Shown in pieces: positions 15,627 to 24,685 of a stretch of DNA of 36,462 nt. Location of the stretch: the IMG/VR virus record IMGVR_UViG_3300032282_003039, positions 1 through 36,462 of that record, one strand, 5' to 3'. The DNA comes from an uncultured virus (IMG/VR IMGVR_UViG_3300032282_003039). The notes below the pieces were generated by a model, which saw only the letters and a list, made by a program, of their open reading frames with translations, was not told the origin of the DNA and did not search any database. The stretch's first letter is position 1. Every line of letters starts with the position of its first letter. Both the position numbers and the translations under genes were made by a program.

Positions 15627-15751
15627 AGCCTCTCGACAAGGCTTAGGTCTGGGGGCCCCACAAAGCTCAAGTTTTTATATTTTTTCTGTAATTTTTTTTA
15701 ATTGAGAATTATTCCTATTTAAAGACCAACTATCAAGCACTTAGGCGCGAT

Positions 15752-15871
<120 letters not shown>

Positions 15872-15895
15872 TTTAAAATATATTTTTGGATTTAA

Positions 15896-15925
15896 GGCGC
15901 CAAACATATAAAGTTTGCATTAGTT
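15896..15925 (+). promoter_or_regulatory. putative phage late promoter (variant)
   Basis: GGCGCC-N15-GCATTAGTT, 5 nt before the ATG at 15931. Confidence 0.65.
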
Positions 15926-15930
15926 GATAT

Positions 15931-16239
15931 ATGAACAATTATGTTTACCAAATTGCCGGAGCTTTAGAAAGCGCCCATGGAAAACTTCAAGGTTTTCGGG
16001 TTATGGTATGTAATGTTCTATATTTTGATACGGTAGATGTTCCATCAAGCGTTCTTGATAAAGAAACCATCAAATTCTTAGAGTTCCGTCTCAAATTGAC
16101 CAAAGACGCATTGGATATCCAAAAACTGCCTTACAAAATCCAACGCGCAATCAGAGAGCCGTTAGGGCATTTCTTAGACGATTGGGTCCTTAAAAACTTT
16201 TATGGCGATACTATCAAATCAAAAAGTACTAACTCTTGA
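15931..16239 (+). CDS. hypothetical protein, first gene of the packaging operon
   Basis: 102 aa; ATG lies directly after the promoter with no SD, so possibly leaderless. Small terminase by position only. Confidence 0.65.
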   Translation: MNNYVYQIAGALESAHGKLQGFRVMVCNVLYFDTVDVPSSVLDKETIKFLEFRLKLTKDALDIQKLPYKIQRAIREPLGHFLDDWVLKNFYGDTIKSKSTNS

Positions 16240-17194
16240 TTATTGGAAACCGGCAAGCAATTTAAAGCCAGGAGATTACGTTTTTGACAAAGACGGCAAA
16301 ATAGTCCAAATCAAACTAGTTCAAGAGTACCGCGCCCAAAACTGCTATGAGGTTATGTTTAACGACTACCTGACCATAGCAGGAGATCAGCACTTAGGTT
16401 TCTTGGTAGAAACCCCCAGATGCCGAACCAGACAAGCTACGTACAAAGGCGTTAAAAAATTTAGACGGCCACTACAGTCAAAAACCGTCTCAGCCATTAG
16501 CGACTCCCAGCTAAGGGATAAAAGAAACCGCCTTACTCTATCCGTCCCCACTACAAAACCACTAACTTTCCCAGAGCAAGACCTTCCGGTACCGCCGTTT
16601 TTGTTTGGCTTTTGGTTTTTTAACCAAAGAAAGAACAAAACAATGGCGGCGCCTCCCGGAATGTCAAAAGAAATCTATGAGCAGTTTAAAGATTTTGGTT
16701 ACCAGATAACAGAATCTAAAAAACTTTACTCAGGAGAGCGGGAATTTTCCGTTTTTCCTACGATAGAATCCCATTTACTGCCAAACATTCCAAACAGAAT
16801 CCCAAACAATTACCTTTTAGCGTCAACAGAACAAAGAATTCAGCTTTTGCGCGGAATTTTATACGCAAAATCCAGGCAGTACTCTAAAAGTAAAGACAAA
16901 TTTAGGCTTACAACCAAGCACTACGCCATTATTTTGCAGCTTCAGTGTCTTTTAGAGTCACTTGGCCACAAACTTTTTGTGTTTTACGACACCAATAAAA
17001 AGTACTACACCATTTTCTTTAAATCTAGGTTACAATTGGTAAGTAATCAAACATCTCCTCGAATAAAAGTACACCATACAAGGCGGTATATTAAGAAAAT
17101 TGAACCAATTGCGTCTCAAATGTGCGTTCATATTGAAACAACAGGATCAGACAACACTATTCTCGTAGGAGAAGGATTTATTGCATGCCGTTAA
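16202..17194 (+). CDS. free-standing degenerate intein (Hint + LAGLIDADG-like), no exteins
   Basis: N-terminal Hint block (KVLT..YWK...LKPGDYVFDKDGK...YEV.F.D); LPVPPFLFG and YLLAS.EQR.QLLRGI LAGLIDADG-flanking motifs; C-terminal RYIKKIE...VHIE....LVGEGFI splicing block. Confidence 0.8.
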   Translation: MAILSNQKVLTLDYWKPASNLKPGDYVFDKDGKIVQIKLVQEYRAQNCYEVMFNDYLTIAGDQHLGFLVETPRCRTRQATYKGVKKFRRPLQSKTVSAISDSQLRDKRNRLTLSVPTTKPLTFPEQDLPVPPFLFGFWFFNQRKNKTMAAPPGMSKEIYEQFKDFGYQITESKKLYSGEREFSVFPTIESHLLPNIPNRIPNNYLLASTEQRIQLLRGILYAKSRQYSKSKDKFRLTTKHYAIILQLQCLLESLGHKLFVFYDTNKKYYTIFFKSRLQLVSNQTSPRIKVHHTRRYIKKIEPIASQMCVHIETTGSDNTILVGEGFIACR

Positions 17195-18630
17195 ATGAAA
17201 AACAAATATCCATACTTAAAAAATTTGCAGACGCCAACCAACACTGGCCCAAACAGCAGCTTGAAGCTGCGATATGGCAAGTTAAATGGGCACTACAAGC
17301 GCTTCCTCATCAAAAAGAGCCTGAGGATGGTGAATATGACACTTTTCTTATGTTGGCTGGGCGCGGATCGGGCAAAACGCACACGGCGTCCCATTGGATT
17401 GGGATTCGTGCTTGGAAATATGATAATACTCGGTGGCTTGTTACTGCTCCAACCTCAAATGACATTCGTGCGACCTGTTTTGAAGGAGATTCAGGACTCC
17501 TTAACATTCTCCCACCCAGCATCATCCGCGATTACAATAAGTCCTTATTCGAGATTACTCTTACCAATGGGTCAATTATCCAAGGAATCCCAGGATCGGA
17601 GCCCGAGCGATATCGCGGAAAGCAATATCATGGAGCTTGGTTCGATGAGCTGTGTGCTTTTGACTACATGGACGACGCCTATGATGGCGTCCAGTTTACC
17701 CTGCGTCTTAAAGACCCACGAATACGAAGGGTGCAACAGATTGTCACCACTACCCCTAAACCTAGAGAATTAATTGTAGATTTAGCAGAAGGTAAAATTG
17801 GCGGCGATGTGTACATGGTTAACGCCTCGTCATACGACAACAGATTAAACCTTTCTGAAACGTTTTTTAAACAGCTTGAGACGTACGATGGTACCGACAT
17901 TGGTAGACAGGAAATCTATGGAGAAATCCTTGACCCTGAATCGGCCGGCATTATCAAACGTAAGCAATTCCGCATGTGGCCGGCTAGTAAACCAACTCCT
18001 GTCTTGGAATATGTGATAGCATCATACGACCCAGCCACCAGCGAAAAAACAATGAACGACCCAACAGCGTGTACCGTTTGGGGTGTGTTTGAAAGAGAAG
18101 ACGCTGGGACTTGTGTCATACTGCTAGACAGTTGGGACGCACATCTGTCTTACCCTGAATTGCGCCGCAAAGTAATTGACGACTTTAAAGAGGTAGTCTA
18201 CGGGGCAGACAACGAGTTTGGCAAAGGCCGTAAAGCCGACCTTATTTTGATGGAAGATAAGTCAGCCGGTATTTCTTTGATTCAAGAGTTGCAAGGTTCT
18301 GGAGTGCCGGTCAGGGGCTACAACCCAGGAAGAGCCGACAAAGTACAGCGTTTGAACATTGTGGCTCCGCTGGTAGCTAAGGGCAAAGTCTACATCCCAG
18401 AAGACCCAAAACAAAGAGATACGTTTGCAGACTGGACTAAACGGTTCATACGGCAGGTATGTAGCTTCCCAGAAGCTCAAGGCCATGATGACTACGTTGA
18501 TTCTCTTTCCCAGGCTTTGCGGGTGCTTAGGGACTCAGGATGGCTTCAGCTAGACCCACTACCCGCCCGAGATTATGACTATGCGGACGACGATGTCAGA
18601 AAACGATTTGCTAATCCTTACGCCCAGTAG
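17185..18630 (+). CDS. terL: terminase large subunit
   Basis: Walker A AGRGSGKT; VTAPT; Walker B AWFDE; TTTP coupling motif; nuclease motifs SYDPA..D, EDKSAG and HDDYVDS. Confidence 0.95.
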   Translation: MPLNEKQISILKKFADANQHWPKQQLEAAIWQVKWALQALPHQKEPEDGEYDTFLMLAGRGSGKTHTASHWIGIRAWKYDNTRWLVTAPTSNDIRATCFEGDSGLLNILPPSIIRDYNKSLFEITLTNGSIIQGIPGSEPERYRGKQYHGAWFDELCAFDYMDDAYDGVQFTLRLKDPRIRRVQQIVTTTPKPRELIVDLAEGKIGGDVYMVNASSYDNRLNLSETFFKQLETYDGTDIGRQEIYGEILDPESAGIIKRKQFRMWPASKPTPVLEYVIASYDPATSEKTMNDPTACTVWGVFEREDAGTCVILLDSWDAHLSYPELRRKVIDDFKEVVYGADNEFGKGRKADLILMEDKSAGISLIQELQGSGVPVRGYNPGRADKVQRLNIVAPLVAKGKVYIPEDPKQRDTFADWTKRFIRQVCSFPEAQGHDDYVDSLSQALRVLRDSGWLQLDPLPARDYDYADDDVRKRFANPYAQ

Positions 18631-18660
18631 GGCGGAAATGTCTTATTTTTTGCATTAGTA
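18631..18660 (+). promoter_or_regulatory. putative phage late promoter
   Basis: GGCGGA-N15-GCATTAGTA upstream of the portal gene. Confidence 0.8.
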
Positions 18661-18696
18661 TAAATAGGAATCCAATAACCCCCTTTAGAACATTCT

Positions 18697-21480
18697 ATGG
18701 CCAATCCCCAAATACCCATTCAAGACGGCGCAAATTTGCCTTCTCTTGAACGCGAAGAAACAATTCATACTGCCGAAAAGCAAGATGAAGATTTGGAAGC
18801 GTATGCCGATTCATTAGGCCTTCCCTCAGAAGAATTAGAACAAGAAGTTATTGAACTAGATGATGGTTCAGTAATAGTAAATTTCCAAGAAAAACAAGGT
18901 CCACAAAAAAATCCAGAATTTTATTCTAACCTAGCTGAAGAATTTGATGAAGGAAACCTTCAAAGTTTGGCAGAAGAATATTTGGATTATATTGATGTAG
19001 ACCGCGAATCAAGAAAGCAAAGAGATAAACAATATGAAGAAGGATTACGTAGAACTGGACTTGGTAAAGATGCGCCGGGTGGAGCAACGTTTGACGGTGC
19101 TAGTAAAGTGGTACATCCAGTTATGGCAGAAGCTTGTGTCGATTTTGCGGCCTCTGCTGCAAAAGAGTTACTCCCGCCTGACGGACTTGTTAAGTCTAGT
19201 ATCAAAGGCCAAGCTGACAAAATAAAAGAAAGAACCGCCGATCGTAAAGTTACATTTATGAATTGGCAGTTAACAGAACAAATTCCAGAGTACCGCGATG
19301 AAATGGAACAGTTGTTAACCCAACTACCCCTTGGCGGATCTCAGTTTCTTAAATGGCGCTATGATTCAGAACAATGCCGACCAACATGCGAATGGGTGGC
19401 AATTGACAACATTCTGCTACCATGGGCTTCAACAAATTTTTACACATCCCCGCGTGTAACAGAAGTACAAGACATTACCGAAGATACGTACCAACAGCGT
19501 ATTGAACAAGGTATTTATCGTGATGTTGATTCAGCATACACTTCTGATGCTCCGTTAAACGACCAAACTCAATCCGAAAAAGCCAACGCAAAAATTGAAG
19601 GCAAGGACGAACCATCTAAAAATATCGATGGATTGCGCCGCATTTACGAAATTACTTGTTTTATGCGTTTGGAAGATGACCCAGAAACAGAAGGTCGACG
19701 TGCACCATACATTTTGACAATTGATGAGTCCAGTAGTAAAGTATTGGCTTTATATCGTAACTGGGAGGCTGGTGATGAAAAGCTTGAAAAGATGGACTGG
19801 TATGTGGAGTTCAAATTCATCCCTTGGCGTGGCGCTTACGCTATTGGGTTGCCTCACCTCATTGGTGGGCTTAGTGCTGCTCTTACCGGTTCTCTCCGCG
19901 CTTTGTTGGACGCTGCGCACATTAATAACAGTCAAACGCTTCTTAAACTTAAAGGCGGCCGCATTGGTGGGCAGTCTGACAGGATCGAACCGACCCAAGT
20001 AGTTGAAATTGAAGGGGCGCCCGGAGTAGATGATGTTCGTAAGATTGCTATGGCTATGCCATTCAATCCCCCGTCTTCCGTACTGTTTAATTTACTAGGT
20101 TGGTTAACTGACGCTGCTAAAGGTGTGGTAACTACTGCCGAAGAAAAGATTGGCGAAGCTAACAATCAAATGCCGGTGGGAACTACACAGGCACTTATTG
20201 AACAAGGCGCCAAAGTGTTTTCAAGCATTCATGCTCGCATGCACCGCAGCCAAGCTAAATCGCTTAAAATTATTTCGCGTATCAATCATTGGTATTTGGA
20301 AGAAATGGACAATCAGTCCGGCGAAGAAATTAAAATTCGGGACTTTGCTTCTAACAATGACGTGCGCCCGGTTTCTGACCCCAACATTTTTTCTGAAACA
20401 CAGCGTCTTGCGCAAAATCAAGCACTGTTACAAATGGCGACATCCGCACCACCTGGAATGTTTAACATTCGGGCAGTGTATCAACGCATTTTAGAACAAC
20501 TTAAAATTCCAGCCTTAAATGAAGTGTTACCAAATCCTTTGGGTGCTAGTGAATCTAACCCTGCGCTAGAAAACGTTGCTATGACTATGGGGCGTCCGGC
20601 GGCAGCATATCCTGATCAAGACCACGTAGCCCACATTAAAGTGCATTTGGAATACGCTTTTAATCCGGCGTATGGCGCAAACCCTGTAATTGGCCCATCA
20701 TTTGCCCCGCATGCTTTAGAGCATATTAAACAACATTTAACGCTTCATTATTTACAATCTATGCGAGCTTACGTGGCTCAAGCAGCAGGCGGTAAAGATG
20801 CGTTTGATTTGCATCGTGAAAAACCGTTAGACTTAGAAGCACAACAAGCTTTGGCTATAGCTTCTCAAATGGTTGGTGAAGATGCCAAAAACAATTTAAG
20901 CCAATATGTACAACAAATTCAACAATTGGCTCAAAAAGTACAACAAGCTCAACAACAGCAACAACAAAACCTTGCGGCTCAAGATCCAACAGCTCAAGTC
21001 ATTCTTAAAACTCAAATGGCTGAAACGCAGCGCAAACAAGCTGAAGCCCAAGCTAAAATGCAGTTGGAAAACCAAAAAGATGCTCAAGAACATCAACTTA
21101 GAATTGCTGAACTACAACAAAAAGTTGCAGAATTACAAGCTAAATACACAACCCAAACCAATATTGATAACCAGCGTAATGCTACCGATATTGCAATGGC
21201 CAACATTAATAACGCAGCTAAAGAGCGTATTGCTATGATCCAAGCCAAAGTTGGTTTAGATCAACAACAAACTCAGCTAGAACATGAGCAAAATATATCG
21301 GCAACCGAAGCTATTCGAGCATCTGAACAAGATATTAGACAGCATGGCATTGCGTTAAGAGAAGCGGCTTTTCAGCAACAAGCACAAACAACACAACAAC
21401 AAGCCCAGCAACAGCATGAGGCTGCTTTAGCGCAACAACAAGCAGCAACACAACAACCAACCCCAACAACAGGAGCATAA
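18697..21480 (+). CDS. portal protein with long Gln-rich coiled-coil C-terminus
   Basis: Directly after TerL; FYSNLAE, GAS.VVHP.MAEA, YAIGL.HLIGG and PVSDPNIFS motifs; P22-like length. Confidence 0.88.
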   Translation: MANPQIPIQDGANLPSLEREETIHTAEKQDEDLEAYADSLGLPSEELEQEVIELDDGSVIVNFQEKQGPQKNPEFYSNLAEEFDEGNLQSLAEEYLDYIDVDRESRKQRDKQYEEGLRRTGLGKDAPGGATFDGASKVVHPVMAEACVDFAASAAKELLPPDGLVKSSIKGQADKIKERTADRKVTFMNWQLTEQIPEYRDEMEQLLTQLPLGGSQFLKWRYDSEQCRPTCEWVAIDNILLPWASTNFYTSPRVTEVQDITEDTYQQRIEQGIYRDVDSAYTSDAPLNDQTQSEKANAKIEGKDEPSKNIDGLRRIYEITCFMRLEDDPETEGRRAPYILTIDESSSKVLALYRNWEAGDEKLEKMDWYVEFKFIPWRGAYAIGLPHLIGGLSAALTGSLRALLDAAHINNSQTLLKLKGGRIGGQSDRIEPTQVVEIEGAPGVDDVRKIAMAMPFNPPSSVLFNLLGWLTDAAKGVVTTAEEKIGEANNQMPVGTTQALIEQGAKVFSSIHARMHRSQAKSLKIISRINHWYLEEMDNQSGEEIKIRDFASNNDVRPVSDPNIFSETQRLAQNQALLQMATSAPPGMFNIRAVYQRILEQLKIPALNEVLPNPLGASESNPALENVAMTMGRPAAAYPDQDHVAHIKVHLEYAFNPAYGANPVIGPSFAPHALEHIKQHLTLHYLQSMRAYVAQAAGGKDAFDLHREKPLDLEAQQALAIASQMVGEDAKNNLSQYVQQIQQLAQKVQQAQQQQQQNLAAQDPTAQVILKTQMAETQRKQAEAQAKMQLENQKDAQEHQLRIAELQQKVAELQAKYTTQTNIDNQRNATDIAMANINNAAKERIAMIQAKVGLDQQQTQLEHEQNISATEAIRASEQDIRQHGIALREAAFQQQAQTTQQQAQQQHEAALAQQQAATQQPTPTTGA

Positions 21481-21481
21481 T

Positions 21482-21703
21482 ATGGCCGATAATAATTTAA
21501 AAGGCTTTCGTCAGACATACCAGGAAACTGGTAAATTATCCAGCGGCGGCGGCCCTGGTGAAAAAACCATTGACGCTGGCGCATCAGGCAGCCACCGCGA
21601 CGACAACTGGAAAATTGGCGCAAAACAAGCAAAAATGAAAAATGCCAAGCCAATTGGCCCAGGAAAGAACTTAAAAGACATAAAAGGCGGTAATTTTTAT
21701 TAA
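21482..21703 (+). CDS. small basic/Gly-rich hypothetical protein
   Basis: 73 aa; SD AGGAG. Confidence 0.65.
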   Translation: MADNNLKGFRQTYQETGKLSSGGGPGEKTIDAGASGSHRDDNWKIGAKQAKMKNAKPIGPGKNLKDIKGGNFY

Positions 21704-21708
21704 TTTAG

Positions 21709-21738
21709 GGCGGATTTCTTTGTAATTTTGCATTAGTA
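21709..21738 (+). promoter_or_regulatory. putative phage late promoter
   Basis: GGCGGA-N15-GCATTAGTA, 5 nt before the ATG at 21744. Confidence 0.8.
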
Positions 21739-21743
21739 AGATT

Positions 21744-21935
21744 ATGAAAGACTTTATTTCCGAAATTATTTCTCGAACGAGAGATGAACAAGCAAAACTA
21801 GCGGTTACTCTTACAGCTGGCAGTAATGTAAATTCTTTTGAAGACTACCAAAGATTAGTTGGTAGGTTTGAAGGGTTTAAGCAAACACTGGACATTATTG
21901 ATGAAATTTTAAGAGAGGACGACGAAGAATCGTAA
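21744..21935 (+). CDS. small head-module protein
   Basis: 63 aa with a ..G...SFEDYQRLVG...G motif; immediately precedes the GroES-like gene. Confidence 0.7.
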   Translation: MKDFISEIISRTRDEQAKLAVTLTAGSNVNSFEDYQRLVGRFEGFKQTLDIIDEILREDDEES

Positions 21936-21957
21936 GATTCAAGAAAGGAGTGCCGAT

Positions 21958-22398
21958 ATGGCATTTGATGTATCGCAAAAAGAAGACCTGGATTTACGAA
22001 GTGAGGAAGAATGTTTTCCAAACATAGATCCCGGAATTGAAGTGGCCGGAGACCGTGTTTTAGTTCAACTAAGACGTGAAAAGGCAAAGAGCAAGGGTGG
22101 CATCATTCTCGTAGATGAAACCCGACAAACGTTACGTTTCAATGAAACAGTTGCTAAGGTACGCCAAATTGGTCCTTTAGCATATAAATCGCCGGATAAT
22201 TTAGAATCTTGGCCCGAAGGCCCTTGGTGTAATGAAGGCGATTTAGTCAGAACCATTAAATATGGTGGTGATCGTTTTGTTGTTAATCCAGATGACGATG
22301 GTGCCCCAGTGGTATTCATCACAATCCAGGCCCGTGAAATCATTTCGCGCATTAAGTCGTTTGAATATGCGCAAAAAATGAAAGCGTTTGTAGACTAA
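21958..22398 (+). CDS. groES: GroES/Cpn10 co-chaperonin homologue
   Basis: GDRVLV...KSKGGIIL mobile loop; V..IGP; GDLV...KYGG. Confidence 0.88.
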   Translation: MAFDVSQKEDLDLRSEEECFPNIDPGIEVAGDRVLVQLRREKAKSKGGIILVDETRQTLRFNETVAKVRQIGPLAYKSPDNLESWPEGPWCNEGDLVRTIKYGGDRFVVNPDDDGAPVVFITIQAREIISRIKSFEYAQKMKAFVD

Positions 22399-22413
22399 TT
22401 TTGAAAGAAAATT

Positions 22414-23412
22414 ATGGCAGATAATGAAAAAGAAAAAGACATTCCCGTCAAAGAACAAAACGACGGAAGTGCATTAGTAGCGTATCAAATGGAACCAGAT
22501 CCTCTTGCTGAGTCAGAAGAAGAAGATAAAAAAGAAGCAGCAGAAAGTTCTGACGAAGATCAAGATGACAACGATCACGAAGAATCTGAAGAATCTTCTA
22601 ATGAACAAGATACCGACGAAGATCGCGAAAAAATTCGTGAGGCACGTAGAGAAGAGCGTAGGCTAAAGAAAGAACTAGCCAAGCAACGTGACCAATCCGC
22701 TCGTAACAAAATTACAGCACTTGAACGACGCAATGCAGAATTAGCTGAGCGCTTAGCAAAAGTAGAAAATACCGCAGCATCCTATCAGTTTGCACAACTT
22801 GATAAGTCTATTGAAGACGAAGCAACTCGAGTTGAATACGCAAAAATGAAAATGTTGCAAGCAGCTCAATCTGGCGATGCAGCCGGTCAAATTGAATATT
22901 TAGAGCAATTAACAGACGCCAAACAACGTTTGCAACAAGCTCAGCATTATAAAAAACAACAAGTCGAGCAAGCAAAAGCTCCAAAGCAAAACGTACCAAA
23001 TGAAATAAGCAATGAAGTTCAACGTAACGCAACTGATTGGCTAAAGAAAAACTCTTGGTATGACCCACAAGCTCGAGATACAGATAGTAGAATTGCCAAA
23101 GTAATTGACCAAGAACTCGCCGCCGATGGTTGGGATCCAGCAGATCCTGAGTATTGGGAAGAGTTAGATAATCGTTTACAGTCTCGTTTGCCACATAGAT
23201 ACACCAGCAAAGGTGGAGAAAAAAGAAATCGATCTGCAGGCCCAACCGCCTCAAGTCGAGTAGCAAACACAACATCAGCAAAACCTGGAACCATCACGTT
23301 AAGTCGTGAAAGAGTACAGGCAATTAAAGACGCTGGTGCATGGGATGATGTTAATAAACGAAATAAAATGATCAAAGCTTATGCTGCTTATGATCGTCAA
23401 AATAGAGGATAA
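22414..23412 (+). CDS. probable capsid scaffolding protein
   Basis: Acidic N-terminus and long coiled coil; lies between portal and capsid genes. Confidence 0.65.
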   Translation: MADNEKEKDIPVKEQNDGSALVAYQMEPDPLAESEEEDKKEAAESSDEDQDDNDHEESEESSNEQDTDEDREKIREARREERRLKKELAKQRDQSARNKITALERRNAELAERLAKVENTAASYQFAQLDKSIEDEATRVEYAKMKMLQAAQSGDAAGQIEYLEQLTDAKQRLQQAQHYKKQQVEQAKAPKQNVPNEISNEVQRNATDWLKKNSWYDPQARDTDSRIAKVIDQELAADGWDPADPEYWEELDNRLQSRLPHRYTSKGGEKRNRSAGPTASSRVANTTSAKPGTITLSRERVQAIKDAGAWDDVNKRNKMIKAYAAYDRQNRG

Positions 23413-23417
23413 TTAAA

Positions 23418-23972
23418 ATGGCAAATACAAGAATTAAACGTGACCTAGATGACCGCTTAGCGGATCGGGTACAAGAGACAAAAGAACGGATTGCAGCAGA
23501 AGATCCAGATAATAAATCAAAGCGCGAACGCGCAGAAGCGTTCAGGGATAAGTGGCAAAATAGCGCATTGCCCGACCTTCCGGAAGGTATTATTCCGGGT
23601 ATGCACTTGTGCTGGTTATCCACCACAAATAATTACGACAGTATCGACAAACGTATGGCGTTGGGTTATGAGCCAGTTAAAGCTTCGGAATTAGGTAAAG
23701 GCTTTGAAGGACTAGGTAAAATGAGCTCGGGCAAGTTTGAAGGCTGTGTTAGCTGTAACGAGATGGTTCTCTTTAAGTTACCAGAAGAAATCTATCAAGA
23801 AGTGATGCGCATGATGCACCTCGAGGATCCCCTTGAACATCAACGCAATATCACCGCCAACGTTCGGAGCACTGCTCAAGAAGGTAAGGGCGGAAGATCT
23901 ATTCTTGAAGGTGGAGTCTTGGAAATGGAAAAAGAGGCCGCAAAGGCGAATAGTAATATTCGTTTTCAATAA
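23418..23972 (+). CDS. head-module hypothetical protein
   Basis: 184 aa with SD GAGGA; upstream of the capsid genes. Confidence 0.7.
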   Translation: MANTRIKRDLDDRLADRVQETKERIAAEDPDNKSKRERAEAFRDKWQNSALPDLPEGIIPGMHLCWLSTTNNYDSIDKRMALGYEPVKASELGKGFEGLGKMSSGKFEGCVSCNEMVLFKLPEEIYQEVMRMMHLEDPLEHQRNITANVRSTAQEGKGGRSILEGGVLEMEKEAAKANSNIRFQ

Positions 23973-23999
23973 CATTCTTCAAAAACAAAGGAATTATAA

Positions 24000-24662
24000 A
24001 TGTCTACGACATATTTACCCTTTGGTATGAAGCCGGCTTATCACCCAAGTGGTTTAGACCGTGCGACCCAATTTGTTGGCACCAACAGCTTCCAAGCTGC
24101 TACTGACAACACATACAACGCACCCTATGCCCTTGAAGGAGGTCAGGCTTTTTATCAATATCAACCAGTGTATGTTGATGGGGACGGTGCTTTAGCTCCT
24201 GCTCCAACAACCGCCGCAACAGACCGTGTATTCGGTGTGTTTGATGGCGTTGAGTTTACCGACTCACAAGGTCGTCGTTCCGTAGCTAAGTGGGCTTCTA
24301 AGCTTACTTTAGATGCGTCTACCCAAATCATTTTCTGGATTTTTTCAGATCCTGCTTTGGTATACGAAATCCAAGCTAATGGTAGCGTCGGCACAGACGC
24401 TATTGGCAGAGAATTTAATTTTGATGCCACAAATGATCCTACTGTAGGCTATTCTATTGGTAACGGTGGCGCTGGTTTTTCACAGACAGCCCTTGATCCC
24501 ACCAATGTAACGGCTGGCACGCAAGGTCAAGTTAAAGTAGTCGGTTTAGGCCGTGAAACTGCATTCCCAGCGGGCGAAACAAACGCTTGGGGTGACGATT
24601 ACACGATTGTTCAAGTCCAGATCGCCAATAGCCAGATTGTGGCTCCGTCGATTGCGGTTTAA
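24000..24662 (+). CDS. probable capsid decoration/minor capsid protein
   Basis: PFG.KP...; GVF.GVEFTD..G; DP..VYEIQ; beta-rich composition; directly upstream of the major capsid gene. Confidence 0.6.
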   Translation: MSTTYLPFGMKPAYHPSGLDRATQFVGTNSFQAATDNTYNAPYALEGGQAFYQYQPVYVDGDGALAPAPTTAATDRVFGVFDGVEFTDSQGRRSVAKWASKLTLDASTQIIFWIFSDPALVYEIQANGSVGTDAIGREFNFDATNDPTVGYSIGNGGAGFSQTALDPTNVTAGTQGQVKVVGLGRETAFPAGETNAWGDDYTIVQVQIANSQIVAPSIAV

Positions 24663-24685
24663 TTAACAACGAAAGGAAATAACTC

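Noticed and set aside
15305-15701. ORFs 15305..15670, 15369..15701 and 15455..15646
   Set aside because: They are translations of the repeat array in a divergent control region; no RBS and no coding-like composition.
16202-18630. Active intein inserted in, or trans-splicing with, the terminase
   Set aside because: The intein-like ORF is in a different frame, has its own stop codon and lacks the terminal His-Asn; TerL is complete without it.
18631-18660. Late motif as a sigma54 promoter (TTGCA as the -12 element)
   Set aside because: No GG lies 10 nt upstream of the GC in these copies; the conserved GGCGGA is too far away.
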